Assembly (NCBI GenBank): GCA_947624955.1
Contig: CANQMM010000001.1
Span: 962-64,961, forward strand
Source of the DNA: an uncultured Bacilli bacterium
GTDB taxonomy: Bacteria > Bacillota_I > Bacilli_A > RF39 > UBA660
Length of the DNA: 64,000 nt
Direction: 5' to 3'
The notes beneath the pieces are model-generated. The model was given only the letters and a program-made list of their open reading frames with translations, made no database searches and was not told the DNA's origin. A program made the position numbers and the translations under genes. Positions 40,614 to 50,494 of the stretch are shown piece by piece. Position 1 is the stretch's first letter; each line of letters starts with the position of its first letter.

Positions 40614-42632
40614 ATGAAAAATAAAAAAAGAAATAGCATTCTCGCAATTTGTACATTAATCGTGATTGCCGTTATTGGCACCGTTATATATACCATTGTC
40701 AATAACGAATCACGTTTGACGACAAGCGAAAAAAAGTGGATAACCAACAACACTAGTACTGTTCAAAGTTTGAGTGTTCCCAATGATTTAGCTGTCTTTG
40801 GTAACAATGGTCAAGGGGTTTTCTACGATTTTATCAATGATATCAAAAAAGAATATAATCTAACAATCAATCCGGTAACTTACTCTTTAGGTAATGAACC
40901 AAGTACGAAAGGTTTTAAAATCAAAACTGATAAAGACGAAAAAGATTTAGTTTTCTATGAAGACCACTATGTATTACTTGCTAAAAGTTTTACCAATATT
41001 CCTAATATTCAAGATTTAGAAAATCAATCTATCGGTATTCTAACCAATGAAGCAACCCGTCTTAAAGATTATTTCCCCTTCAATATTAACTTTACTAATT
41101 ACGAAACCATCGATGAGTTATTTACAGAGTTTAATAATAATGCGGAAATAACCTACCTCATCTTACCTTATCAACAATATCTCGTAAATATCTTAGATTC
41201 TAACTACGAGATAGTTTATCACTTTAGCGATTTAAAAGATTACTTTGTCTATGAACCGGCTGCTAATGATGAATTTAGCAATATCGTTAGTAAATACTTT
41301 TTAGATTGGGAAGACAAATTAAAAAAATCTCTAGCTACTAATACTTTGAATGCTTTTGTTACTAGTTTGCATATTTCTCAACAAGAATTATCTGAAATGC
41401 AATCGCAAGTTTATGAATATGGTTTTATCAACACTAGCCCCTATGAAATAATTATGGGTGGTAACTACGGTGGTATTATCAGTGAATACCTTCGAGAATT
41501 TAGTGATATGAGTAATATTGAATTTAATTTCCATAAATATAATTCCGTAGAAGACTTTAATAAAGCCATTCAAAAAGGGGATATAAATATCTATTTCGAT
41601 TATTATAATTTTAGTAATGATTATCAAAGTGTCAAAACCACTATGAATATAAATCTCAATATCGTTGCCCCTTATACTACTGATTTAAATGTTAAATCTT
41701 TAAAATCCTTAAAAGATACCACGATTTATGTTCTCGATGGTTCTAAGATTAAATCCTATTTAGAAACTATCCCGGATATTAATTTAAAAGTATATAATAG
41801 TGAAAAAGAATTAAAGAAATTAGCTAGAAAAGGGGAAACCCTCGCCCTTGATGCTGAAAGCTATGCTTACTACCATACCGAATTTTTAAATGATTATACC
41901 GTTCGTTATCAAGAAGAAACTAATATTAATTACGATTTTAAATTAAATACTAATGATGTTTTAGTTAAATTATTTCAAAAATATATTAGTACTTTAGACG
42001 CCGAGCAAATCGTTATTACGGGTTTACATAATCACGCTACTACAATGGATAAAGGTTCAACTCTCGGTACCATAGCTAAATATACTTTATTAACTTTTGC
42101 GGCTCTTGCCATCTTAGTTATCATTATGTATCGTTCAAGTAAAAAAATAAAGATAGCTACCCGTATCAAAAAAGAAGACAAGATGAAATATATCGATCAA
42201 TTAACTTCTTTAAAAAATCGTAACTACTTAACGGAAAATATCAGTCATTGGAATAAAAATACCATCTATCCGCAAGCTGCAATCATCGTCGATTTAAATA
42301 ACTTACAAGAAATTAATGATACTCTAGGTTATGAACACGGTGATGCTCAAATTAAAGCAGCTGCTAATATCTTGATTAAAACCCAACTAGATAATTCCGA
42401 TATTATTCGAACTGATGGTAATGAATTCCTTATCTATCTAGTCGGCTATTCAACTAAACAAATCATCAGTTATATCAAGAAACTAAGTAAAGAATTTAAA
42501 AACTTACCTTATGAACATAGCGCAGCCATTGGTTATAGTATGATTACGGATAATATTAAAACTTTAGAAGATGCGATGAATGAAGCCGTTGAAGATATGC
42601 GTACTAAAAAAGAAGAAGTAATCGAGGAATAA
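40614..42632 (+). CDS. Membrane protein with large extracytoplasmic domain and C-terminal degenerate GGDEF domain (RTDGNEF in place of RxGGDEF)
   Basis: N-terminal TM; second TM ~res 495-515; C-terminal domain IDQLTSLKNRNYL...RTDGNEFLIYL... aligns to GGDEF fold with non-canonical active-site motif. Confidence 0.6.
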   Translation: MKNKKRNSILAICTLIVIAVIGTVIYTIVNNESRLTTSEKKWITNNTSTVQSLSVPNDLAVFGNNGQGVFYDFINDIKKEYNLTINPVTYSLGNEPSTKGFKIKTDKDEKDLVFYEDHYVLLAKSFTNIPNIQDLENQSIGILTNEATRLKDYFPFNINFTNYETIDELFTEFNNNAEITYLILPYQQYLVNILDSNYEIVYHFSDLKDYFVYEPAANDEFSNIVSKYFLDWEDKLKKSLATNTLNAFVTSLHISQQELSEMQSQVYEYGFINTSPYEIIMGGNYGGIISEYLREFSDMSNIEFNFHKYNSVEDFNKAIQKGDINIYFDYYNFSNDYQSVKTTMNINLNIVAPYTTDLNVKSLKSLKDTTIYVLDGSKIKSYLETIPDINLKVYNSEKELKKLARKGETLALDAESYAYYHTEFLNDYTVRYQEETNINYDFKLNTNDVLVKLFQKYISTLDAEQIVITGLHNHATTMDKGSTLGTIAKYTLLTFAALAILVIIMYRSSKKIKIATRIKKEDKMKYIDQLTSLKNRNYLTENISHWNKNTIYPQAAIIVDLNNLQEINDTLGYEHGDAQIKAAANILIKTQLDNSDIIRTDGNEFLIYLVGYSTKQIISYIKKLSKEFKNLPYEHSAAIGYSMITDNIKTLEDAMNEAVEDMRTKKEEVIEE

Positions 42633-42633
42633 T

Positions 42634-43476
42634 ATGAAAATATTAAAAGATTATTGGAAAAATTTTTGGAACGTCTTTCGCGAACCGGATATGAAAGTCC
42701 TTCCCGGACAGTTAGCTTACTTTTTCTTCTTATCAGTTGTCCCAATTATTACTTTAATTAGTTATGGTGCGGCTTATCTTCACTTATCGATTGATTTTAT
42801 CTCCAATTTCTTAATTAAAGCTTTCGGTAGCGATATTGCTAACTTAATTGTGCCAATGGTTAGCAATACTCGATTTGCTTCCGGTTATATAATTACGATT
42901 ATCATTGGTTATATCATCGCGAGCAATGGTGCTGCTTCGATTATTCAAGTATCGAATCGTATCTACGGTATCCAAGATAGAGGATTCTTGCATCGCCGGA
43001 TCAAAGCGCTCATTATGACTTTGTTTATCGTTATCTTATTTATCTTTATGTTAGCAATTCCCTTATTTGGTAATCGCATTATCGATTTGATTGAATATGT
43101 TAATTTAAATGCCAAAATCACCGGCCAACTGACAATGATTATCCGGGTATTACGTGGACCGGTATCTTGGTTTATCATCTTCTTATTTATTAAGATTATT
43201 TACACGATGGCCCCTGATCGACGTTTACCAAGTTCTAATGTTAATTATGGCGCTTTATTTACATCTATTACTTGGATAATCTTTACCGCTGTTTACTCAT
43301 ATTATATTAATAACTATGCCAATTACAGTATGTTTTATGGTAGTTTAGCCAATATCGTTATCTTAATGTTATGGGTATATCTCCTTGCTTACATCTTCGT
43401 TATCGGTATGGGTCTTAACTATCATAAAGAAGAAGTTATATTGGAAAAAACTGGTGCTATAACTAAAGTGAAATAG
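42634..43476 (+). CDS. YihY/BrkB-family membrane protein
   Basis: N-terminus MKILKDYWKNFW...LAYFFFLSVVP typical of YihY family; 6 TM. Confidence 0.75.
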   Translation: MKILKDYWKNFWNVFREPDMKVLPGQLAYFFFLSVVPIITLISYGAAYLHLSIDFISNFLIKAFGSDIANLIVPMVSNTRFASGYIITIIIGYIIASNGAASIIQVSNRIYGIQDRGFLHRRIKALIMTLFIVILFIFMLAIPLFGNRIIDLIEYVNLNAKITGQLTMIIRVLRGPVSWFIIFLFIKIIYTMAPDRRLPSSNVNYGALFTSITWIIFTAVYSYYINNYANYSMFYGSLANIVILMLWVYLLAYIFVIGMGLNYHKEEVILEKTGAITKVK

Positions 43477-43550
43477 CCAATACTAAATATAGATACGCAA
43501 GTATCTATTTGATATCAGAATAGTATTTTATGTACTAGTGATATTAAACG

Positions 43551-43585
43551 GACTTAGTGATTAAATACTAAGTCTTTTTAATTTT
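43551..43585 (+). terminator. Intrinsic terminator (GACTTAGT-loop-ACTAAGTC + TTTTTAATTTT)
   Basis: 8-bp inverted repeat and T-run; preceded at 43489..43508 by a GCAA-tetraloop hairpin (ATAGATAC-GCAA-GTATCTAT). Confidence 0.5.
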
Positions 43586-43619
43586 CAAATGCTTGGGAAT
43601 TTGCTATAATTTATAAGAG

Positions 43620-44462
43620 GTGACTATTTTGATATTAGATGGGAAAAAAGTTGCACAAACCAAACTAGAATTATTAAAACAAGAAATTGCTAATCTAAAA
43701 GACCAACTAGGTTTGGCCGTCATTGAAGTCGGTGATAATCCTGCTAGTCATATCTATATTCGGCAAAAATATCAGGTAGCCACAGAATTAGGTTATAATT
43801 TTTGGCATTATTCTTATCCACAAGATATTAAAGAAGAAGATATTATTGTGAAAATCAAAGAGTTAAATAATGATGATCACGTTCACGGCATTATAGTGGA
43901 AACACCTTTACCTAGTCATCTTAATTTTTCACATATTCAAAATGCTATCAGTCCTTCTAAAGATGTCGATGGTCTAAGTACTATCAATAGCGGTTTATTA
44001 ATGCATCAAGAGCGTTGCTTAGTACCTTGTACCGCCCAAGGGATTATCGATTTACTAGATGCTTATGCCATAAATTTAAGTGGAGTAGACATTACTATTA
44101 TTGGTCGTAGTCATCTAGTAGGCCGTCCCCTATCCAACTTGCTTATCAACCGCAATGCCACCGTTACCTTATGTCACTCTCACACTAAAGACATCTCTAA
44201 ATTTACGAAAAATGCCGATATTGTTATTGTGGCTGTCGGTCATAAACATTTCTTAACGGCTGATATGGTTAAAGATGATGCGATAGTTATCGATGTTGGT
44301 ATCAACCGGGAAAATCATCAAATATATGGCGATGCCGATTACCAAAACTTAATTAATAAATGTCGCTATATCACTCCGGTTCCCGGAGGTGTCGGCCCAA
44401 TGACTGTTTATGAGTTAATGCACAATGTTTATCTAGCTTATCAATTTAAAAATCAAAATTAG
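43620..44462 (+). CDS. folD: Bifunctional methylenetetrahydrofolate dehydrogenase/cyclohydrolase FolD
   Basis: LILDGKKVA N-terminus; NAD(P)-binding GRSHLVGRPL; PVPGGVGPMT motif; true start may be TTG at 43629 (AGGTGA RBS) rather than GTG 43620. Confidence 0.9.
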   Translation: MTILILDGKKVAQTKLELLKQEIANLKDQLGLAVIEVGDNPASHIYIRQKYQVATELGYNFWHYSYPQDIKEEDIIVKIKELNNDDHVHGIIVETPLPSHLNFSHIQNAISPSKDVDGLSTINSGLLMHQERCLVPCTAQGIIDLLDAYAINLSGVDITIIGRSHLVGRPLSNLLINRNATVTLCHSHTKDISKFTKNADIVIVAVGHKHFLTADMVKDDAIVIDVGINRENHQIYGDADYQNLINKCRYITPVPGGVGPMTVYELMHNVYLAYQFKNQN

Positions 44463-44476
44463 AAAGAGAAATCAAT

Positions 44477-46609
44477 ATGGATATAGTAATAAATGAATTA
44501 GTTAAAACTTTAAATCTTCGCGAAAAACAAATTCAAGAAGTCTTAAAATTATTAGAAGAAGGCGCTACCATTCCCTTTATCGCTCGGTATCGTAAAGAAC
44601 GTACCGGTAACTTAAATGAAGAACAAATAAGAGCTATCGAAGAAGCTTATCGCTATCAGACGAACTTATTTAATCGCAAAGAAGATGTCATTCGCTTGAT
44701 CACCGAAAAAGGTTTACTAACGGATGAATTAAAAGAAGAAATTCTAGCGTGTACTAAAATAACGGAAGTCGAAGATTTATATCGTCCATTCAAAGAAAAG
44801 AAAAAGACTAAAGCTAGCGAAGCTATCAAAAATGGCTTAGAACCGCTAGCTAAGATGATTATGGCATTTCCTACTACCGGGAGTTTAGAAGAACTAGCCA
44901 AAAAATTTATTAACGAAAATGTTAAAGATACTACTGCTGCCATAACAGGAGCCGGCTATATTATTGCCGAATGGATAAGTGATAATGCTTACTACCGTAA
45001 ATGGATTAGAAACAAGATATATAATACCGGTAGTATAGTAAGTAAAATTAAGAAGGGCGCTATAGACGAAAATAAAGTATACGAAATGTATTATGATTTT
45101 CAAGAACCCATAAAATATGCTAAACACTATCGGGTATTAGCTTTAAATCGTGGAGAAAAAGAAGGCATTTTAAATGTTAAACTCACTTATGAGGATGCGC
45201 AAATCGAAAATTTCTTATTTACTAAAGTTATCAAAAATCCGCAATCCAATGTGACAGAGTTAGTTCAAGAAGCTGTTAGCGATGCTCTAAAACGACTTAT
45301 ATTACCAAGTATTGAAAGAGAAATTCGTTCGGAATTAACTGAAAATTCCGGTACTAAAGCTATCAAAACTTTTGGTATCAACCTAGAACATTTACTCCTA
45401 ACGCGGCCCATCAAAAAAAGTCGGATACTTGGTTTCGACCCTGCTTTCCGTACCGGTTGTAAGTTGGCGGTTCTAGATGAACTTGGTAACGTTTTAGATA
45501 TCAGTGTTATCTATCCCCACGAACCTAAAAATGACAAAGTCGGCGCTACTAAAACTTTAAGAGAATTAATTACTAAATATAATATTGACTTAATTGCCAT
45601 TGGTAACGGGACGGCATCTCGGGAAAGTGAAGCATTTGTTGCTGAAGCCATTAAAGGTTTAAATATCAAATATACGATTGTCAGTGAAGCAGGAGCTAGT
45701 GTGTACTCTGCAAGTGATTTGGCAATCAGCGAATTCCCTAACTTATCCGTTGAACAACGTAGTGCCATTAGTATTGGTAGAAGAATACAAGACCCATTAT
45801 CCGAACTAGTAAAGATTGACCCTAAATCGATTGGTGTTGGCGAATATCAACACGACGTTAACCAAAATGAATTACAAGATAATCTCGATTTCACTGTTTC
45901 CAAAGTCGTTAATGAAGTCGGCGTCAATATTAATACCGCTTCTAAAAGTATCTTAAAGTATATTTCCGGTTTAAATAAAAAAGCCATTGAAGCCATTAGT
46001 TCTTATAAAGAAAAAAAAGCTTTCCAAAATCGGGAAGAAATTAAAAATTTAAAAGGCCTAAGTGCCAAAATGTATGAACAAGCCATCGGCTTTCTTAGAG
46101 TTCCTACTAGTAATAATATCCTAGATAGAACCGGTATCCATCCGGAGTCATATCCTATCGCTTTAAAACTCTTAGAATTAGCGAACTTATCATTAAATGA
46201 AATCGATACTGCAGAATTTAAATCTACTTTAAGCGCAATTGACAAAAGTGATATGAGTACGAAACTAAATAGTGATATTTATACCGTCACGGACATTATT
46301 GAAGAACTACTAAATCCCGGACTTGACCCGCGCGATAGCTTACCGGCTCCTATCCTTAAAAGTGACATCCTACATATTGAAGATTTAAAACCCGGTATGC
46401 AATTGCAAGGTACCGTGCGTAATGTCGCTACTTTCGGGGCTTTCATCGATATTGGTTTAAAAAATGATGGCTTAGTCCATATATCTAAATTAAGTAAAGA
46501 CTACGTTAAAAATCCTTTAGACGTCATCAATGTCGGTGATATCGTTACCTGCTATGTCGATAATGTCGATTTAAGTAAACATAAAGTATCGTTATCTTTA
46601 ATTAAGTAA
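44477..46609 (+). CDS. tex: Transcription accessory protein Tex (YqgF/RuvC-like, HhH and S1 domains)
   Basis: 710 aa; Tex N-terminal HTH, YqgF region, HhH motifs, C-terminal S1 domain GMQLQGTVRNVATFGAFIDIG. Confidence 0.9.
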   Translation: MDIVINELVKTLNLREKQIQEVLKLLEEGATIPFIARYRKERTGNLNEEQIRAIEEAYRYQTNLFNRKEDVIRLITEKGLLTDELKEEILACTKITEVEDLYRPFKEKKKTKASEAIKNGLEPLAKMIMAFPTTGSLEELAKKFINENVKDTTAAITGAGYIIAEWISDNAYYRKWIRNKIYNTGSIVSKIKKGAIDENKVYEMYYDFQEPIKYAKHYRVLALNRGEKEGILNVKLTYEDAQIENFLFTKVIKNPQSNVTELVQEAVSDALKRLILPSIEREIRSELTENSGTKAIKTFGINLEHLLLTRPIKKSRILGFDPAFRTGCKLAVLDELGNVLDISVIYPHEPKNDKVGATKTLRELITKYNIDLIAIGNGTASRESEAFVAEAIKGLNIKYTIVSEAGASVYSASDLAISEFPNLSVEQRSAISIGRRIQDPLSELVKIDPKSIGVGEYQHDVNQNELQDNLDFTVSKVVNEVGVNINTASKSILKYISGLNKKAIEAISSYKEKKAFQNREEIKNLKGLSAKMYEQAIGFLRVPTSNNILDRTGIHPESYPIALKLLELANLSLNEIDTAEFKSTLSAIDKSDMSTKLNSDIYTVTDIIEELLNPGLDPRDSLPAPILKSDILHIEDLKPGMQLQGTVRNVATFGAFIDIGLKNDGLVHISKLSKDYVKNPLDVINVGDIVTCYVDNVDLSKHKVSLSLIK

Positions 46610-46641
46610 AAAAGTGTTATAATAAATAAGAGAGTGGTTTT

Positions 46642-48585
46642 ATGAAAAAAAATAAAATATATAGTGGTTTCTTATATTATGGAATTCTAATCTATCTAGA
46701 ATTAGTTTTTCGTTTCTTTTGTACGGAAAAGTTTTTACCTATTACTTTTATCCATACCTTATTATATTTCTTGCCAATTAGTTTTTTACTAACTTTAATT
46801 ACCAACTTGTTTAAAGAAAAGGTTAATCGCATCTTATACTTTGTTTGTCTTTTTGCTTTCGGGTTTTGGTACTCTGTTCTCTTAGTTTATAAGAGAACTT
46901 TCAAAGTATTCTTTACGATTAATGCTGTCGGTTTAGGTGATCAGCTGTTATCGTTTATGTCCGATGTCTTTAAAGCCATCTTAACTAATTTACCAATTAT
47001 CATTCTTCTTTTCTTACCGTTTATTCTATCGATAATTTTTTCGCGGCATCTTGCTCATCCTAGATCCCATAAGAAAAGAAATCTAGCTTTATTAATTCTT
47101 ACCCTTATCAGTTACGTACTCTTCCTAGGTAGTATCTTTATTGGCAAAAAAGATGCTTACTCTGTATATAATCTTTACTTTAAAGTTGATAATCATTCAT
47201 TAACCGTCGAAAAACTAGGAGGCCTTCCAGCGACATTTATTGAATTAAGAAAGTCTATCTTCGCTACTGAAGCAGATATCAATGAAGAGGTCTTTATCGA
47301 CCCCGAAGCTGAACAAATACCCGAAGAAAAAATCAAGGAATATGGTGTTTTGGAAATCGATTTTGATAACTTGCCGGAAGCGAATGAAACTATTAAAATA
47401 ATGAATGAATATTTTTCTAAAGAAGATCAAGGTACCAAGAAAAATAAATATACCGGCCAATATCGAGGTAAAAATTTAATTCTCTTTATGGCTGAAAGTT
47501 TTAACTCTATCGCTGTTAGTAAAGAATTAACCCCAACTCTTTATGAATTAACCCATTCATCCTTTGTTTTTGAGAATTTCTATTCCCCTGTTATTTTAAG
47601 TACGATTGGTGGGGAATTCCAAGAACTAACTGGCTTATATCCTAATTTAAATTTATTATCTAATGTATGGCGTAAAGGTACAAACTACTATCCTTATGGC
47701 TTTGGTAACATCTTTAAAAGTATGGGCTATAACACCTATGCTTACCATAATAATCAATATGATTTCCAAAACCGCAACGTTTACTTAAAATCTTTAGGAT
47801 TTGATAACTATACCGGTTGTTGGAATGGTCTCGAAGATAAAATTAATTGTAATGCTTGGCCACAAAGTGATATTGCGATGATTGAAGCGACAGTCGATGA
47901 CTATATTAATAGTGATAAACCATTTATGACTTATTATGCGACCGTTAGTGGTCATATGCCTTATCAAATGAATGGTCAAATGGCTAATAAATATAAAGAT
48001 ATTGTTAAAGACTTACCATATTCTGATGAAATTAAAGCTTATATTGCTTCGCAAATAGAACTCGACCGCGCTTTAGAAACTCTAATTAATAAACTAGATG
48101 AAGCAGGCATCCTAGAAGATACTGTCATCGCTTTAGTCGGTGATCATTATCCTTATGCTTTATCAGTTGAAGCCATTAACGAAGTATCCACTTATGTAAG
48201 AGATGCTAAAATCGAAATTAACCATAGTAACTTTATACTTTGGAATAGTGAAACTCCGACAACTAAAATATCTAAAGTAGGCAGCCAAATAGATGTCTTA
48301 CCAACTTTACTCAATATTTTCGGTGCTCCTTATGACTCCCGTATAATCATTGGTAAAGATATTTTATCTGACACTGAAGGTTTAGCCATCTTTGATAATA
48401 ATAGTTGGGTTAGTGATTATGGTACTTACTTTAGTAGTCGAGGTAGTTTTGTCCCTCGCGATGGGGTAACGGTACCGGATGATTACGTATCTAAAATGAA
48501 TCGCATCGTTCAAAGTAAAGTAGCTATGAGTAAGTATATTCTTCAAGAAGATTACTATCGCTATATCTATAATTCTATTCAATAG
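46642..48585 (+). CDS. ltaS: LTA synthase family protein (LtaS-like phosphoglycerol transferase; 5 TM + sulfatase domain)
   Basis: Five N-terminal TM helices, extracellular alkaline-phosphatase-superfamily domain (FMAESFNS, GDHYPY motifs). Confidence 0.8.
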   Translation: MKKNKIYSGFLYYGILIYLELVFRFFCTEKFLPITFIHTLLYFLPISFLLTLITNLFKEKVNRILYFVCLFAFGFWYSVLLVYKRTFKVFFTINAVGLGDQLLSFMSDVFKAILTNLPIIILLFLPFILSIIFSRHLAHPRSHKKRNLALLILTLISYVLFLGSIFIGKKDAYSVYNLYFKVDNHSLTVEKLGGLPATFIELRKSIFATEADINEEVFIDPEAEQIPEEKIKEYGVLEIDFDNLPEANETIKIMNEYFSKEDQGTKKNKYTGQYRGKNLILFMAESFNSIAVSKELTPTLYELTHSSFVFENFYSPVILSTIGGEFQELTGLYPNLNLLSNVWRKGTNYYPYGFGNIFKSMGYNTYAYHNNQYDFQNRNVYLKSLGFDNYTGCWNGLEDKINCNAWPQSDIAMIEATVDDYINSDKPFMTYYATVSGHMPYQMNGQMANKYKDIVKDLPYSDEIKAYIASQIELDRALETLINKLDEAGILEDTVIALVGDHYPYALSVEAINEVSTYVRDAKIEINHSNFILWNSETPTTKISKVGSQIDVLPTLLNIFGAPYDSRIIIGKDILSDTEGLAIFDNNSWVSDYGTYFSSRGSFVPRDGVTVPDDYVSKMNRIVQSKVAMSKYILQEDYYRYIYNSIQ

Positions 48586-48598
48586 AAAGGATGATTTT

Positions 48599-50416
48599 AT
48601 GTGTGGGATTGCGGGATTTATTAGCCCAATAAGTGAGAAAAAACCCATTATTCAAAAAATGACTGAACGGATTGCTCACCGTGGACCGGATGGAGAAGGT
48701 TTTTACATTGACCAAAACATTGCTTTAGGTCATCGTCGTCTTGCCATCATCGATTTATCCACCGGTGACCAACCAATGTATAATGAAGATCAATCTTTGG
48801 TAATTGTCTTTAATGGGGAAATCTATAATTATCTTGAACTACGTACCGAACTACTCCAAAAAAATCATCAGTTTACCACTAATTCTGATACCGAGGTTTT
48901 ACTGCACGGTTATGAAGAGTGGGGGAGTGACCTCTTAAATAAATTGCGGGGGATGTTTGCCTTCGCTATTTGGGATAAAAAGAAAGAAGAACTCTTCATC
49001 GCTCGGGATAATTGGGGAATAAAGCCGTTATATTATTACCAAAATGGCGATACTTTTATGTTTGCTTCGGAAATCAAAGCCTTCCTTGATCATCCCGCTT
49101 TCCATAAAGAATTTAATGAGCAAATTTTATCGGCTTATCTCTGCTTTAACTCGACACCTACAACCGAAACCTTTTTTAAAGGTGTATACCGTCTAGAACC
49201 CGGCCACTATTTAATCTATAAGAATCAAGAAATTACGATTAAACAGTATTTTAAATTGGAATTTACTGAACAAGAACAAGATTTCCATCAGATTGTCAAT
49301 GATATTAGCACATCGATGGAAGACTCGGTAAATCACCATCAAATCGCTGATGTTGAAGTTGGTTCCTTCCTATCAAGTGGTATCGATTCCTCTTATTTAG
49401 TTTCTGTTGCCCGACCTGATAAAACTTACACCGTTGGTTACGATGACCCAAAATACGATGAAATATCTTATGCTGAAGATTTAGCTAGTAAATTAAATAT
49501 TTCCAATAAATCTAAAAAAATAACTAAAGAAGAATATTTGGCAAAGTTTCCCCAAATTATGTATCATATGGACGAGCCGTTAGCGGACCCCTCCGTCATC
49601 GCTTTATACTTTGTCGCGGAGTTAGCTAGCCAAGACGTTAAAGTTGTCTTATCCGGCGAAGGTGCTGATGAACTATTCGGTGGTTATAACTCTTATCTTG
49701 AAGAGATTAATCAAGCTTGGTATATGAAAATTCCTTATTTTCTTCGTCATGCTGCATCGCAAGTAGCAGCACTTTTACCTGATGTTTGGGGCTTAAACTT
49801 TATTTACCGCCGGGGGCAAAAATTGGAAGATTACCATATCGGGTTAGGTCGGGTCTTTCGTGATAAAGAAGCATTCAAATTAGTTAAATGCCCTAATCAA
49901 ATATCTACTAAAGAAATAGTTGCTCCTTATTACCGCGAATATCAAAATAATAGTCAATTAGTAAAACGTCAAGTAATCGATTACTATTTTTGGTTAGTTC
50001 ACGACTTTCTTCACGCTGTCGATCGAAACACGATGATGTGTGGCTTAGAAGCTAGAACGCCATTTCTCGATCTAGCCGTTTATCAAGTTGCGCGTAAATT
50101 ACCGGTTCAAGCTAAAATAAATTCTCAAACGACCAAGCCGGCTTTGCGAGCCGCCGCTAAAAAAGTAATTCCTAATGAAGCTTATAATAAGAAAAAATTA
50201 GGTTTTCCGGTTCCTCTTCGCGAATGGATTAAAGAAGATGCTTACTATCAAGCGATTAAAGCGGAGTTTTCTACAGCCACGGCGAGCAAGTATTTCAATC
50301 AAACTAAAATCCTCAAATTATTAGAAGACCATAAAAATAACAAAAAAGATAATTATAAAAAAGTTTGGACGTTATATACTTTTCTCGTTTGGTATAAAGA
50401 ATTTTTTGCCGATTAA
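48599..50416 (+). CDS. asnB: Asparagine synthase (glutamine-hydrolysing) AsnB
   Basis: N-terminal MCGIAGF Ntn glutaminase; PP-loop SGGIDSS. Confidence 0.9.
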   Translation: MCGIAGFISPISEKKPIIQKMTERIAHRGPDGEGFYIDQNIALGHRRLAIIDLSTGDQPMYNEDQSLVIVFNGEIYNYLELRTELLQKNHQFTTNSDTEVLLHGYEEWGSDLLNKLRGMFAFAIWDKKKEELFIARDNWGIKPLYYYQNGDTFMFASEIKAFLDHPAFHKEFNEQILSAYLCFNSTPTTETFFKGVYRLEPGHYLIYKNQEITIKQYFKLEFTEQEQDFHQIVNDISTSMEDSVNHHQIADVEVGSFLSSGIDSSYLVSVARPDKTYTVGYDDPKYDEISYAEDLASKLNISNKSKKITKEEYLAKFPQIMYHMDEPLADPSVIALYFVAELASQDVKVVLSGEGADELFGGYNSYLEEINQAWYMKIPYFLRHAASQVAALLPDVWGLNFIYRRGQKLEDYHIGLGRVFRDKEAFKLVKCPNQISTKEIVAPYYREYQNNSQLVKRQVIDYYFWLVHDFLHAVDRNTMMCGLEARTPFLDLAVYQVARKLPVQAKINSQTTKPALRAAAKKVIPNEAYNKKKLGFPVPLREWIKEDAYYQAIKAEFSTATASKYFNQTKILKLLEDHKNNKKDNYKKVWTLYTFLVWYKEFFAD

Positions 50417-50494
50417 CAATTGACGTCAAATGCTCTATATTTTTAACTTTCCTTATCGATTTCATAATATAATAGATATATAAGGATGTGGATT

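Noticed and set aside
43489-43508. GCAA-tetraloop hairpin after the YihY-family gene as a terminator
   Set aside because: No T-run follows it. The proper terminator is the next hairpin at 43551..43585. It is kept only as a possible RNA-stability element.
50420-50460. TTGACG of the palindrome as the -35 of a murE promoter
   Set aside because: No appropriately spaced -10 follows: TATATT is only 10 nt downstream. It is treated as a possible operator, not a promoter.
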